Positions 1 to 8,892 of a stretch of DNA of 57,706 nucleotides are shown here, piece after piece; the stretch's first letter is position 1; every line of letters begins with the position of its first letter. Location of the stretch: positions 1 to 57,706 of the forward strand of contig DATICH010000161.1 of assembly GCA_035456885.1 (NCBI GenBank). The letters run 5' to 3'. The translations under genes were made by a program, and so were the position numbers. The stretch is from Methyloceanibacter sp. GTDB lineage: Bacteria; Pseudomonadota; Alphaproteobacteria; Rhizobiales; Methyloligellaceae. The notes beneath the pieces are model-generated. The model worked only from the letters and a program-made list of their open reading frames with translations, searched no databases and had not been told where the DNA came from.

Positions 1-1
1 G

Positions 2-250
2 GCCTATGCGCTCTGGCTCTATCGCCGCATCATTTTTGGCGCCCTGGAGAAGGCGAGCCTCAAATTCCTGACCGACCTGACCTGGCGCGAAACCGTGGTG
101 ATGGCGCCGCTCGTGCTGCTCACCATCTTCTTCGGCTTCTATCCAGCGCCGATTCTCGACGCCACCGCGGTTTCGGTCGATGCGCTGATCAAGAACTTCA
201 ACACCAGCCTGGCCGCGGCCGAACAGGCGCGGCTCGCGCTGATGCCTTAA
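2..250 (+). CDS. nuoM: NADH-quinone oxidoreductase subunit M, 3' end (partial)
   Basis: Frame 2 reads AYALWLYRRIIFG...LTWRETVVMAPLVLLTIFFGFYPAPILD...MP*, typical of a NuoM C-terminus; directly upstream of nuoN. Confidence 0.9.
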   Translation, partial: AYALWLYRRIIFGALEKASLKFLTDLTWRETVVMAPLVLLTIFFGFYPAPILDATAVSVDALIKNFNTSLAAAEQARLALMP

Positions 251-262
251 GGAGCGTGGCCC

Positions 263-1693
263 GTGCCGCATCCGGTCAATCTCGCCGTACTGGCTCCGGA
301 GCTGACCCTCGCGGTCGGCGCCATGGCGCTGTTGATGCTCGGCGTGTTCACGCGGCGCGAGCGGGGTGAGTTGATCCTGTGGCTTGCGGTTGCGCTCTTA
401 GCCGTGGCCGGGATCTTCGTGGCGAGCTCGACCGGCGCGGCCACCTTGTTCGGCGACAGCTTCATCGTCGATCCCTTCGCCCGCACCCTCAAGCTCCTCA
501 CGCTGACCGGCGCCGCGGTCGCCTTGCTGATGTCGGTCGATTACTGGCGCGGGGCAGGGGGCGTGAAATTCGAGTTTCCGGTGCTGATCCTACTCGCCAC
601 CACCGGCATGCTGATGATGATCTCCGCCAACGATCTGATCGCGCTCTATGTCGGGCTGGAGCTGCAGAGTCTCGCACTCTACGTGATCGCCGCCTTCCGG
701 CGCGACTCCGCACGCTCCGCCGAGGCGGGCCTCAAATATTTCGTTCTCGGTGCGCTCTCCTCCGGCATGCTGCTTTACGGCGCGTCGTTGGTCTACGGCT
801 TCACTGGCTCGACCGAGTTCACGACCATCGCCGCCGTGGTGCAACCCTCAGGCGCCAATCTCGGTCTGATCTTCGGCCTCGTGTTTCTCATGGCGGGCTT
901 CGCCTTCAAGATCTCGGCGGTGCCCTTCCACATGTGGACCCCGGATGTCTATGAGGGCGCGCCCACGCCGGTCACGGCCTTCTTCGCTGCGGCACCCAAG
1001 CTCGCCGCCATGGCCCTTACTGTGCGGGTGCTAGTCACTGCCTTCCCGGCGGTGACCATGGAATGGCAGCAGATCGTGGTGTTCTTGGCGATCGCCTCGA
1101 TGGCGCTGGGCTCCTTCGCGGCGATCGGCCAGACCAATATCAAGCGGCTGATGGCCTATAGCTCGATCGGCCATATGGGCTATGCGCTGGTGGGGCTTGC
1201 CGCCGGCACGGCGGAGGGCGTCGCCGGCTTGATCGTCTATCTCGCGATCTACCTCGCCATGACGCTCGGAACCTTTGCCTGCATCCTGGCCATGCGCCGG
1301 GGAGGGCACCTGGTCGAGGAGATCGACGCCTTATCGGGCCTGTCGCGCACCAACCCGGCCATGGCCTTCATGCTGGCAATGCTCTTGTTTTCCTTGGCCG
1401 GCATCCCGCCTCTTGCAGGATTCTTCGCCAAGTTCTACGTGTTCCTAGCTGCGATTCATGCCGGCCTATACGCGCTCGCCGTCATCGGCGTGCTGTTGAG
1501 CGTCGTGGGCGCCTACTACTATCTGCGCATCGTCAAGCTTATGTATTTCGATGCCCCCGCGGAACGCTTCGATCCGATGCAGACGCCGTTGGCCGCCGTG
1601 CTCGGCGTGAGCGGCGGGTTTATTCTGCTTTATTTCGTTTACCCCGCGCCGCTCGTGGCATTAGCCGGGATTGCTGCCAAGTCTTTGTTCTAA
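263..1693 (+). CDS. nuoN: NADH-quinone oxidoreductase subunit N
   Basis: 476 aa hydrophobic protein; motifs [47 protein letters not shown]. Confidence 0.97.
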   Translation: MPHPVNLAVLAPELTLAVGAMALLMLGVFTRRERGELILWLAVALLAVAGIFVASSTGAATLFGDSFIVDPFARTLKLLTLTGAAVALLMSVDYWRGAGGVKFEFPVLILLATTGMLMMISANDLIALYVGLELQSLALYVIAAFRRDSARSAEAGLKYFVLGALSSGMLLYGASLVYGFTGSTEFTTIAAVVQPSGANLGLIFGLVFLMAGFAFKISAVPFHMWTPDVYEGAPTPVTAFFAAAPKLAAMALTVRVLVTAFPAVTMEWQQIVVFLAIASMALGSFAAIGQTNIKRLMAYSSIGHMGYALVGLAAGTAEGVAGLIVYLAIYLAMTLGTFACILAMRRGGHLVEEIDALSGLSRTNPAMAFMLAMLLFSLAGIPPLAGFFAKFYVFLAAIHAGLYALAVIGVLLSVVGAYYYLRIVKLMYFDAPAERFDPMQTPLAAVLGVSGGFILLYFVYPAPLVALAGIAAKSLF

Positions 1694-2470
1694 ATGGCAT
1701 ATTTCTCATCACCATCGCCCAAACTGCCGCCCGGCTATCGCTTGCTGCGGCTGGAGACTGTCGATTCCACCAACGCTGAGGCGAAGCGCCGCGCCAAGGC
1801 CGGCGAGCCCGGCCCGCTCTGGATCTGGTCGGCCCGGCAGTCGCAAGGGCGAGGCCGCGGCGGGCGGGAGTGGGTTTCCCTGCACGGTAACCTGTTCGCC
1901 AGCCTGCTGATCGGGGTCGATTGCCCCATCCGGGTGGCAAGCCAGCTCGCTCTGATGGCCGGCGTCGTGACCTATGACACCATCGCCAAGCTGATCGCCT
2001 ATGAGGGCCGGTCGGAGCTTTTGCTGAAATGGCCGAATGACATCCTGCTCGCCGGCGAGAAGCTCGCCGGCATGCTGCTCGAGAATGTCGGCGGTCCGGT
2101 CGAGAACCGCTCGGTGATCGTGATCGGCACCGGCATCAATCTCGCCGACCATCCCGAGGGCTTGCCGCAGCCGGCGATCAGCCTCGGCGCCTATGGCATG
2201 ACCATCACGCCCGCCGACGCGCTCGAGGTGCTTGCCGCCACCACGCATCAATGGTTGACGCGCTGGAACGAGGGGACCGGCTTCCCGAGCATCCGCCGCG
2301 CTTGGCTCGACCGCGCCGGTCCCACCGGCCGGCCGCTCAGGGTGATGATCAACGGCGACGAAACCGACGGCGTCTATGCCGGGCTCGACGCTGACGGCGC
2401 GCTCAGACTGCTAACGCCGGACGGTTTCGAGCACCGGATCGCCGCCGGCGATGTGTTCTTCCTCAGGTGA
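1694..2470 (+). CDS. birA: Biotin--[acetyl-CoA-carboxylase] ligase (no N-terminal HTH)
   Basis: DSTN, QSQGRGRGGREW, LKWPND, KLAGML motifs; conserved position after nuoN. Confidence 0.95.
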   Translation: MAYFSSPSPKLPPGYRLLRLETVDSTNAEAKRRAKAGEPGPLWIWSARQSQGRGRGGREWVSLHGNLFASLLIGVDCPIRVASQLALMAGVVTYDTIAKLIAYEGRSELLLKWPNDILLAGEKLAGMLLENVGGPVENRSVIVIGTGINLADHPEGLPQPAISLGAYGMTITPADALEVLAATTHQWLTRWNEGTGFPSIRRAWLDRAGPTGRPLRVMINGDETDGVYAGLDADGALRLLTPDGFEHRIAAGDVFFLR

Positions 2471-2487
2471 GGCGCCGTAACCCCGAC

Positions 2488-4173
2488 ATGTCTCGCAAAT
2501 CCGATCGCAAGGGAGTCGATTTCGTCTTCCTGCCGCTTGGCGGCGTGGGCGAGATCGGCATGAACCTTTATCTCTACGGCTACGGGCGCGACGGCGCGCG
2601 CGAATGGCTGATCGTCGACATGGGCGTTACGTTCGGCGGCGAGGCCGAGCCCGGGGTCGACGTGATCCTTCCCGACATCAGCTTCATCGAGGGAGAGCGG
2701 CACAATATTGCCGGGTTGCTGCTCACGCATGCCCATGAAGACCATTTCGGCGCGGTGGCCGACCTTTGGCCGCAGATCGCCGGCGTGCCCGTCTATGCCA
2801 CGCCCTTCACTGCCGAGATGCTCAAGGCAAAGCTCACCGAGATCGGCCTCGTCAACGGCTTCCCCCTGCACGTCATGCCGCTCGGCGACCGCCGCATGAT
2901 CGGCCCCTTCGATGTGGAGCTGATCAGCATGTCGCATTCGATCCCCGAGCCTTCCGCCGTGGTGATCCGCACGCCCCTTGGGGCGGCTTTGCATACCGGC
3001 GACTGGAAGCTCGACGAAAATCCGCTGACCAGCGCTCCCACCGACGCCGTGCGTCTGAAGGCGCTGGGCGAGGCCGGACTTGCCGCGCTGATTTGCGATT
3101 CTACCAATGCGGTGCGCGACGGCGTATCGCCATCGGAGGCCGACGTCGCGCTTACGCTCGCCCGCTTCATCCGCGAAGCACGCCAGCGTGTGGCAGTCAC
3201 AACCTTCGCCTCCAACGTCGCCCGCATCGGCTCGGTTGCCAATGCTGCCCGCGCTGCCGGCCGCGAGCTTGTTGTCGTCGGCCGCGCCATGCACCGGGTG
3301 ATCGAGGCGGCTCAGACGACCGGCTACCTCGACCCGAAGCTTTCCTTCCACGAAGAGACGGCCTTCGCCAGGTTGCCGCCGCACAAGGTGGTGGCGCTCT
3401 GCACCGGCAGCCAGGGGGAGGCCCGCGCCGCCATGGCCCGCATCGCCCAAGGCGACCATCCCAATGTCGAGCTCGACGCCGGCGACTTGGTGATCTTTTC
3501 CTCGCGCACCATTCCCGGCAACGAGAAGGCGGTGTCGCGCATTCAAAACGCGTTGGCCGATCTCCGCGTCGAGGTCGTTACCGACCAGGACGCGGCCGTG
3601 CATGTATCGGGTCATCCGCGACGCGGCGAGCTCGAGCAGCTTTACGGCTGGGTGAGGCCAAAGGTTGCCATTCCCATGCACGGCGAGGGCCGCCATCTCG
3701 AAGCCCATGCGAAGCTCGCCGAGCGGCTCGGCGTCAAACAGGTGGTGCGCGCGCGGAACGGCGCCATGGTGCGGCTGCTACCAGGCCCGGCCGAGATCAT
3801 CGACGACGTGCCGGTCGGCCGGCTCTACCGCGACGGCATGATCCTGACGCGGGCCGATGATGGCCAGGTCCGCGAGCGGCGGAAGCTAAGCTTTGCCGGC
3901 TCTGTCGCCGTATCGCTGGTGATGTCCGCGAAGGGGCATTTGCTTGCTGAACCGGAAGTGGCCCTGAGCGGACTGCCCGCCGCCGACAATGCGGGAACGC
4001 CGCTCGAGGAGATTGCCCGCGACGCCGTGATCGGCACCATCGAGAGCCTACCGAAACCGAAGCGCAAGGACCACGCGCTGGTGAGCGAGGCCGTGCGCAG
4101 ATCGGTGCGCGCTGCGATCAACCAAGCTTGGGGCAAGAAGCCCATGTGCTCCGTGCTGCTGACGGTGCTATAG
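2488..4173 (+). CDS. rnj: Ribonuclease J
   Basis: PLGGVGEIGMN, THAHEDH, HSIP, HTGDWK, HVSGH metallo-beta-lactamase/beta-CASP motifs; start could alternatively be GTG 2467. Confidence 0.95.
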   Translation: MSRKSDRKGVDFVFLPLGGVGEIGMNLYLYGYGRDGAREWLIVDMGVTFGGEAEPGVDVILPDISFIEGERHNIAGLLLTHAHEDHFGAVADLWPQIAGVPVYATPFTAEMLKAKLTEIGLVNGFPLHVMPLGDRRMIGPFDVELISMSHSIPEPSAVVIRTPLGAALHTGDWKLDENPLTSAPTDAVRLKALGEAGLAALICDSTNAVRDGVSPSEADVALTLARFIREARQRVAVTTFASNVARIGSVANAARAAGRELVVVGRAMHRVIEAAQTTGYLDPKLSFHEETAFARLPPHKVVALCTGSQGEARAAMARIAQGDHPNVELDAGDLVIFSSRTIPGNEKAVSRIQNALADLRVEVVTDQDAAVHVSGHPRRGELEQLYGWVRPKVAIPMHGEGRHLEAHAKLAERLGVKQVVRARNGAMVRLLPGPAEIIDDVPVGRLYRDGMILTRADDGQVRERRKLSFAGSVAVSLVMSAKGHLLAEPEVALSGLPAADNAGTPLEEIARDAVIGTIESLPKPKRKDHALVSEAVRRSVRAAINQAWGKKPMCSVLLTVL

Positions 4174-4201
4174 GGTTGCGAGACTTTAGGGGAGACGAGG
4201 A

Positions 4202-4606
4202 ATGATCGGCCGTTTGAACCATGTCGCCATTGCCGTGCCCGATCTGAAGGCGGCGACCGAGGTCTATCGCTGCACGTTGGGCGCCAAGGTTTCCGACGAG
4301 GTCAACCAGCCGGAGCATGGCGTGACCACCGTGTTCATCGAGCTGCCCAATACCAAGATCGAACTGCTTGGCGTGTTCGGCGAGGGCTCGCCGATCGCGG
4401 GCTTTCTCGAGCGCAACCCCAATGGCGGCATCCACCATCTCTGCTACGAGGTGCCCGATATCAAGCAGGCGCGTGACCGGTTGATGGCGGAGGGCGCGCG
4501 CGTGCTCGGCAACGGCGAGCCGAAGATTGGCGCGCATGGCAAACCGGTGCTGTTTCTGCACCCGAAGGATTTCTGCGGCACCCTGGTCGAGCTCGAAGAG
4601 GCGTAG
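4202..4606 (+). CDS. mce: Methylmalonyl-CoA epimerase
   Basis: MIGRLNHVAIAV, GGIHHLCYEV, GAHGKPVLFLHPKD..GTLVELE (VOC fold). Confidence 0.95.
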   Translation: MIGRLNHVAIAVPDLKAATEVYRCTLGAKVSDEVNQPEHGVTTVFIELPNTKIELLGVFGEGSPIAGFLERNPNGGIHHLCYEVPDIKQARDRLMAEGARVLGNGEPKIGAHGKPVLFLHPKDFCGTLVELEEA

Positions 4607-4609
4607 ACC

Positions 4610-4888
4610 GTGACCATCGCCTTCGCCCTAGCGATCTACTTCATTGTGTGGTGGATCGTGCTGTTCGCCATGCTGCCGATCGGCGTGCGCACCTCGGAGG
4701 AGGCGGGAGAGAAGACGACACCGGGACAGGCCGAGAGCGCGCCGCACGTTCCCAACCTCTTGCCGAAGATGGTCGCCACCACGGTGGTCGCCACCATCAT
4801 CTTCGCCGCGCTCTACGCGATCATCGAGCACCACGTGATCACGCTCGACGACATACCGTTCCTGCCGCGCTACGAGCGCGTGCAGTAG
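4610..4888 (+). CDS. DUF1467-family small membrane protein
   Basis: AIYFIVWWIVLFAMLPIGVRT...G..ESAP pattern; conserved neighbour of mce in alphaproteobacteria. Confidence 0.85.
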   Translation: MTIAFALAIYFIVWWIVLFAMLPIGVRTSEEAGEKTTPGQAESAPHVPNLLPKMVATTVVATIIFAALYAIIEHHVITLDDIPFLPRYERVQ

Positions 4889-4967
4889 CGCGCGCCTGCG
4901 CGGAACGTCGATAATTCAGCGGACAACTCCGCGCGGTTTGCGTTGTGATCTCGCGGCGATACTGCAC

Positions 4968-4995
4968 AAAAAAAGCAAGGCCGAACCGGCCTTGC
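4968..4995 (-). terminator. Rho-independent terminator
   Basis: Minus strand GCAAGGCCG-GTT-CGGCCTTGC (9-bp perfect stem) followed by T7. Confidence 0.85.
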
Positions 4996-5193
4996 TCCAG
5001 TAACTAACCCCTTGTCTCCTAAGGCTTAGCAAGCCTCGTCCGGTCGGTATCGACTGTTCGAGAATGCCGGCTTAAGAGCGGCGGCGCCGGTCGGCGCGCC
5101 CGGAGTCTACTTCCTCCCAAGACTTGGACCAGGTCCAATCTCTCAACGCGTGACTTCCGAGATCGCTACCGGTCCCGAACCTTCCCACGTTGT
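4968..5193 (-). ncRNA. Putative trans-acting small RNA (~225 nt), at the position of the alpha-r9/Smr9C family upstream of proS
   Basis: Minus-strand promoter and intrinsic terminator bracket a stretch with no credible ORF, antisense to both flanking genes; Smr9C of Sinorhizobium lies next to proS. Family assignment is from synteny only. Confidence 0.7.
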
Positions 5194-5199
5194 GCGGGC

Positions 5200-5228
5200 A
5201 CACTAGCGCGCCCGCGCCAAATTGTCAC
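5200..5228 (-). promoter_or_regulatory. Sigma70-type promoter for the putative sRNA
   Basis: Minus strand GTGACA-N17-TAGTGT, with GC immediately before the -10. Confidence 0.6.
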
Positions 5229-5427
5229 CATGATTATGGCGCGACGCCGCAAATTTGTGCTTGACGCCCATGATGCGGGCAGCGGTCCCCCGGCATTGCT
5301 TCTCGCAGCGAAAATAAGCTATTAGCCGCGGGGGGCAGGCCTGTGGGGGAAGGCCCGCTCAAGCATGGCTCATTCCAATCAGCGGCGCGACCCCGAAAGC
5401 CGCCCCGCAACGCCTGAGACGCTGCCT

Positions 5428-6777
5428 ATGCGCCTTAGTCAGTATTTCCTGCCGTTGCTCCGGGACGATCCCAAGGAAGCCGAGATCGTCTCACACCGGC
5501 TGATGCTGCGAGCGGGAATGATCCGCCAGGCGAGTGCCGGCATCTATTCCTGGCTGCCGCTCGGCTTCAGTGTTCTACAAAAGATCGAGCAGATCGTCCG
5601 CGAGGAGCAGGATCGCGCGGGCGCCCTCGAATTACTGATGCCGACCATCCAGCCGGCCGAGATCTGGAAGGAAAGCGGCCGCTACGAGGTTTACGGCAAG
5701 GAGATGCTGCGCATCTCGGACCGCCATGAGCGCGAGATGCTCTACGGCCCCACCAACGAGGAGTTGATCACCGCGATCTTTCGTGACGCGGTAAAATCCT
5801 ACAAGGACCTGCCGCGCATCCTCTACCACATCCAATGGAAGTTCCGCGATGAGATCAGACCGCGATTCGGCGTCATGCGCGGCCGAGAATTCCTGATGAA
5901 GGACTCCTATTCGTTCGACCTTACCGTCGACGACGCGCGCAAGTCCTACAACAAGATGTTCGTCTCCTATTTGCGAACCTTCGCGCGCATGGGCTTGAAA
6001 TCGGTGCCGATGGTCGCTGAGACCGGGCCGATCGGCGGCAATCTCAGCCATGAATTCATCATCCTCGCCGACACCGGCGAGAGCGAGGTCTGTTGTCACC
6101 GAGATCTCGTCGAGATCGACCCACCGGGCGCTGATATCGACTATGACAGCGACCTGTCGCCGGTCGTGGGCGCCTTCACCGGCAAATACGCCGCAACGGT
6201 GGAGAAGCACGACTCGGAGCGCTTCGCTCGCGAGGTGCCGGAGAAGGATCGCCTCACTGCGCGCGGCATCGAGGTCGGCCACATTTTCTTCTTCGGCACC
6301 AAATATTCCGAGGCGATGGGCTGCAAGGTGCAAGGCCCCGGCGGCGAGCTGGTAACCGTGCAGATGGGCTCTTACGGCATCGGCGTATCGCGGCTCCCCG
6401 CGGCCATTATCGAAGCTTCCCACGACGATGCCGGGATCATCTGGCCGCAATCCGTGGCGCCATTCGATGTGGGGCTCATCAATCTGAAGGTCGGCGACAA
6501 GGGCACGGACGCAGCCTGCGAGGATCTCTACGTCAAGCTTCAGGCCGCCGGGTTGAGCGTGCTTTTTGACGACACCGACGATCGGGCGGGGGCGAAGTTC
6601 GCCGCTATGGATCTAATCGGCCTTCCGTGGCAGATCATCGTCGGTCCGAAAGGCTTGGCCTCCGGCGAGGTCGAGTTGAAGCAGCGCGCCACCGGCGCCC
6701 GCCATAGTGTTACCTTCGATTCCGCTTTGAATCGCCTCGTCCAATCTGCGAACGAAGCGAAAAGGGAAGCGGCATGA
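5428..6777 (+). CDS. proS: Proline--tRNA ligase (short alphaproteobacterial type)
   Basis: [57 protein letters not shown]. Confidence 0.97.
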   Translation: MRLSQYFLPLLRDDPKEAEIVSHRLMLRAGMIRQASAGIYSWLPLGFSVLQKIEQIVREEQDRAGALELLMPTIQPAEIWKESGRYEVYGKEMLRISDRHEREMLYGPTNEELITAIFRDAVKSYKDLPRILYHIQWKFRDEIRPRFGVMRGREFLMKDSYSFDLTVDDARKSYNKMFVSYLRTFARMGLKSVPMVAETGPIGGNLSHEFIILADTGESEVCCHRDLVEIDPPGADIDYDSDLSPVVGAFTGKYAATVEKHDSERFAREVPEKDRLTARGIEVGHIFFFGTKYSEAMGCKVQGPGGELVTVQMGSYGIGVSRLPAAIIEASHDDAGIIWPQSVAPFDVGLINLKVGDKGTDAACEDLYVKLQAAGLSVLFDDTDDRAGAKFAAMDLIGLPWQIIVGPKGLASGEVELKQRATGARHSVTFDSALNRLVQSANEAKREAA

Positions 6778-8039
6778 GCACAGAGGGAAGCACCCGGGCT
6801 TTCGCCCCGTTCGAGTGGCTGGTGGCGCTACGCTATTTGCGGGCGCGCCGGAAGGAGGGCTTCATCTCCGTTATCGCCGGCTTTTCCTTTATCGGCATCA
6901 TGCTTGGCGTCGCCACCCTCATCATCGTCATGGCGGTGATGAACGGTTTTCGCCAGGAGCTGTTCAACAAGATGCTGGGACTGAACGGTCACGTCGTAGT
7001 GCATAGCCTTGCGCATTTCTCCGACTTTGACGACGTGGCGACGCGGGTCCGTGCCGTCCCCGGGGTCAAATTCGCGCTCCCCCTCGTCGAAGGTCAGGTC
7101 ATGATCTCGACGCCGGGAACCTCGGGCGGGGCCTTGGTGCGAGGCTTGCGCGAAAGTGATCTCAAACAGCTCAAGGCGGTCGCCGACAATATCCGCTTCG
7201 GCACGCTCGACGGTTTCGACCAGGAGCCTGGGGTCGCGCTTGGCACCCGGCTTGCGCATGAGCTTAATGTGAAGGTTGGCGATCAAGTCTCGCTGCTGAC
7301 GCCGCGTGGAGCCGCCACGGCGCTCGGCACCGCGCCGAGAGTGAAGCGCTATCCCGTCGTGGCCCTCTTCGAGATCGGCATGTCTGAGTATGACGCAAGC
7401 ATCATCTTCATGCCGCTCAGCGAGGCGCAGCTTTATTTTAATCAGCCCGACAGCGTGACCGTGCTGGAAGTAGTCCTCGATTCCCCCGACGAGGTTGGCG
7501 AGCTTGCGCCCAAGATCATCGCCGCAGGCGGTCCCAGCATCTATGTCAGCGACTGGCGGCAGCGCAACGCCACGTTCTTCACGGCCCTCCAGGTCGAGCG
7601 CAATGTGATGTTTCTGATTCTCACCTTGATTGTGCTGGTGGCGGCGCTCAACATCATCTCCGGTCTGATCATGCTGGTAAAGGACAAGGGGCACGATATC
7701 GCCATCTTGCGCACTATGGGCGCGACGCGCGCTGCCGTCATGCGCATCTTCTTCATCACCGGCGCGAGCATCGGTATCGTCGGCACCCTCGCCGGGCTGG
7801 TGCTTGGCGTGGTCGTCTGCCTCAATATCGATCGCCTACGCGCGTTCATCGGCTGGCTGACCGACACGGAGCTGTTCGCGCCGGAGCTCTACTACCTCTC
7901 GCAACTTCCGGCCGAAATGGACACCGGCGAGACGTTCACGGTCGTCCTCATGGCGCTCTTGCTGTCCGTGCTTGCCACGCTCTACCCCTCCTGGAGAGCC
8001 TCCCGTCTCGACCCCGTCGAAGCGCTGCGTTACGAGTAG
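6774..8039 (+). CDS. lolC: Lipoprotein-releasing ABC transporter permease (LolC/E family)
   Basis: [48 protein letters not shown]. Confidence 0.93.
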   Translation: MSTEGSTRAFAPFEWLVALRYLRARRKEGFISVIAGFSFIGIMLGVATLIIVMAVMNGFRQELFNKMLGLNGHVVVHSLAHFSDFDDVATRVRAVPGVKFALPLVEGQVMISTPGTSGGALVRGLRESDLKQLKAVADNIRFGTLDGFDQEPGVALGTRLAHELNVKVGDQVSLLTPRGAATALGTAPRVKRYPVVALFEIGMSEYDASIIFMPLSEAQLYFNQPDSVTVLEVVLDSPDEVGELAPKIIAAGGPSIYVSDWRQRNATFFTALQVERNVMFLILTLIVLVAALNIISGLIMLVKDKGHDIAILRTMGATRAAVMRIFFITGASIGIVGTLAGLVLGVVVCLNIDRLRAFIGWLTDTELFAPELYYLSQLPAEMDTGETFTVVLMALLLSVLATLYPSWRASRLDPVEALRYE

Positions 8040-8046
8040 GCCAAAG

Positions 8047-8769
8047 GTGGACAGCCCGAGACAAAAGCCCGTGCTTCGCCTTGAGCGGCTTGAGCGCGCC
8101 TATACGCAAGGCAACCGACGCATCGACGTGCTGAAGGGAGCCACCGCGAGTTTCTATCCCGGTGAAGCCGTGGCGCTGCTCGGGCCTTCCGGCGCCGGCA
8201 AATCCACTCTGCTGCATATCGCCGGGTTGTTGGAGCATCCAGACGGCGGCCAAGTGCTCATCGACCGGGTGGACTGTGTCACCCTGAACGACGCAGAGCA
8301 GACGCGCATGCGCCGCATGGAAGTCGGGTTCGTCTATCAATTCCATCATCTCCTGCCGGAATTCTCGGCCCTGGAAAACGTGGTTCTGCCGCAGCTCATT
8401 CTCGGTAGCGGGTACGCGGAAGCGGAGACGCGGGCCAGGGAGTTGCTCAAATCGCTCGGGCTGGAGGAGCGCTGGGATCACCGTCCAGCGCAGCTCTCCG
8501 GCGGCGAACAGCAGCGGGTGGCGATCGCCCGCGCCGTGGCCAACGGCCCCAAGGTCCTGCTGGCCGACGAGCCGACCGGCAATCTTGACCCGCCCACCGC
8601 CGAGCGCGTCTTCGAGCAGCTGATTGCGCTAATCCGGCGCTCTGGGGTCGCGGCCGTCATCGCCACCCACAATCTCGACCTGGCCGCTCGCATGGATCGC
8701 GTGCTTCGCCTGGTCGACGGCCTCCTCGTGGAGGAGGAGGTCGCCGTGGCGACCGCCGCTGGCCGCTAG
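8047..8769 (+). CDS. lolD: Lipoprotein-releasing ABC transporter ATP-binding protein
   Basis: Walker [23 protein letters not shown] (LolD motif), [16 protein letters not shown]; GTG start chosen just after the permease stop. Confidence 0.95.
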   Translation: MDSPRQKPVLRLERLERAYTQGNRRIDVLKGATASFYPGEAVALLGPSGAGKSTLLHIAGLLEHPDGGQVLIDRVDCVTLNDAEQTRMRRMEVGFVYQFHHLLPEFSALENVVLPQLILGSGYAEAETRARELLKSLGLEERWDHRPAQLSGGEQQRVAIARAVANGPKVLLADEPTGNLDPPTAERVFEQLIALIRRSGVAAVIATHNLDLAARMDRVLRLVDGLLVEEEVAVATAAGR

Positions 8770-8793
8770 AGGCCTTTTAGCTGCCCAACCTTC

Positions 8794-8822
8794 TTGTTTA
8801 GAACAAACGAAGAACATATCCT
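8794..8822 (+). promoter_or_regulatory. dnaE promoter containing an alphaproteobacterial LexA box
   Basis: TTGTTT-N17-TATCCT with GAAC-AAACGAA-GAAC (GAAC-N7-GAAC) at 8801-8815 in the spacer. Confidence 0.75.
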
Positions 8823-8892
8823 GAGCGCGGATAGCGGGGATGATTTCGCGAGTGGGCTTCAACGGCTCGCCCGAATCCGAAAAGGTGCGCGC

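Noticed and set aside
2461-2490. Absence of coaX between birA and rnj, and of skp/ompH after bamA
   Set aside because: Both absences are ordinary for Hyphomicrobiales gene order as I know it
5072-5188. 38-codon GTG-initiated ORF within the putative sRNA (minus strand)
   Set aside because: No SD, weak start codon and no recognisable peptide features; it cannot be excluded without ribosome profiling
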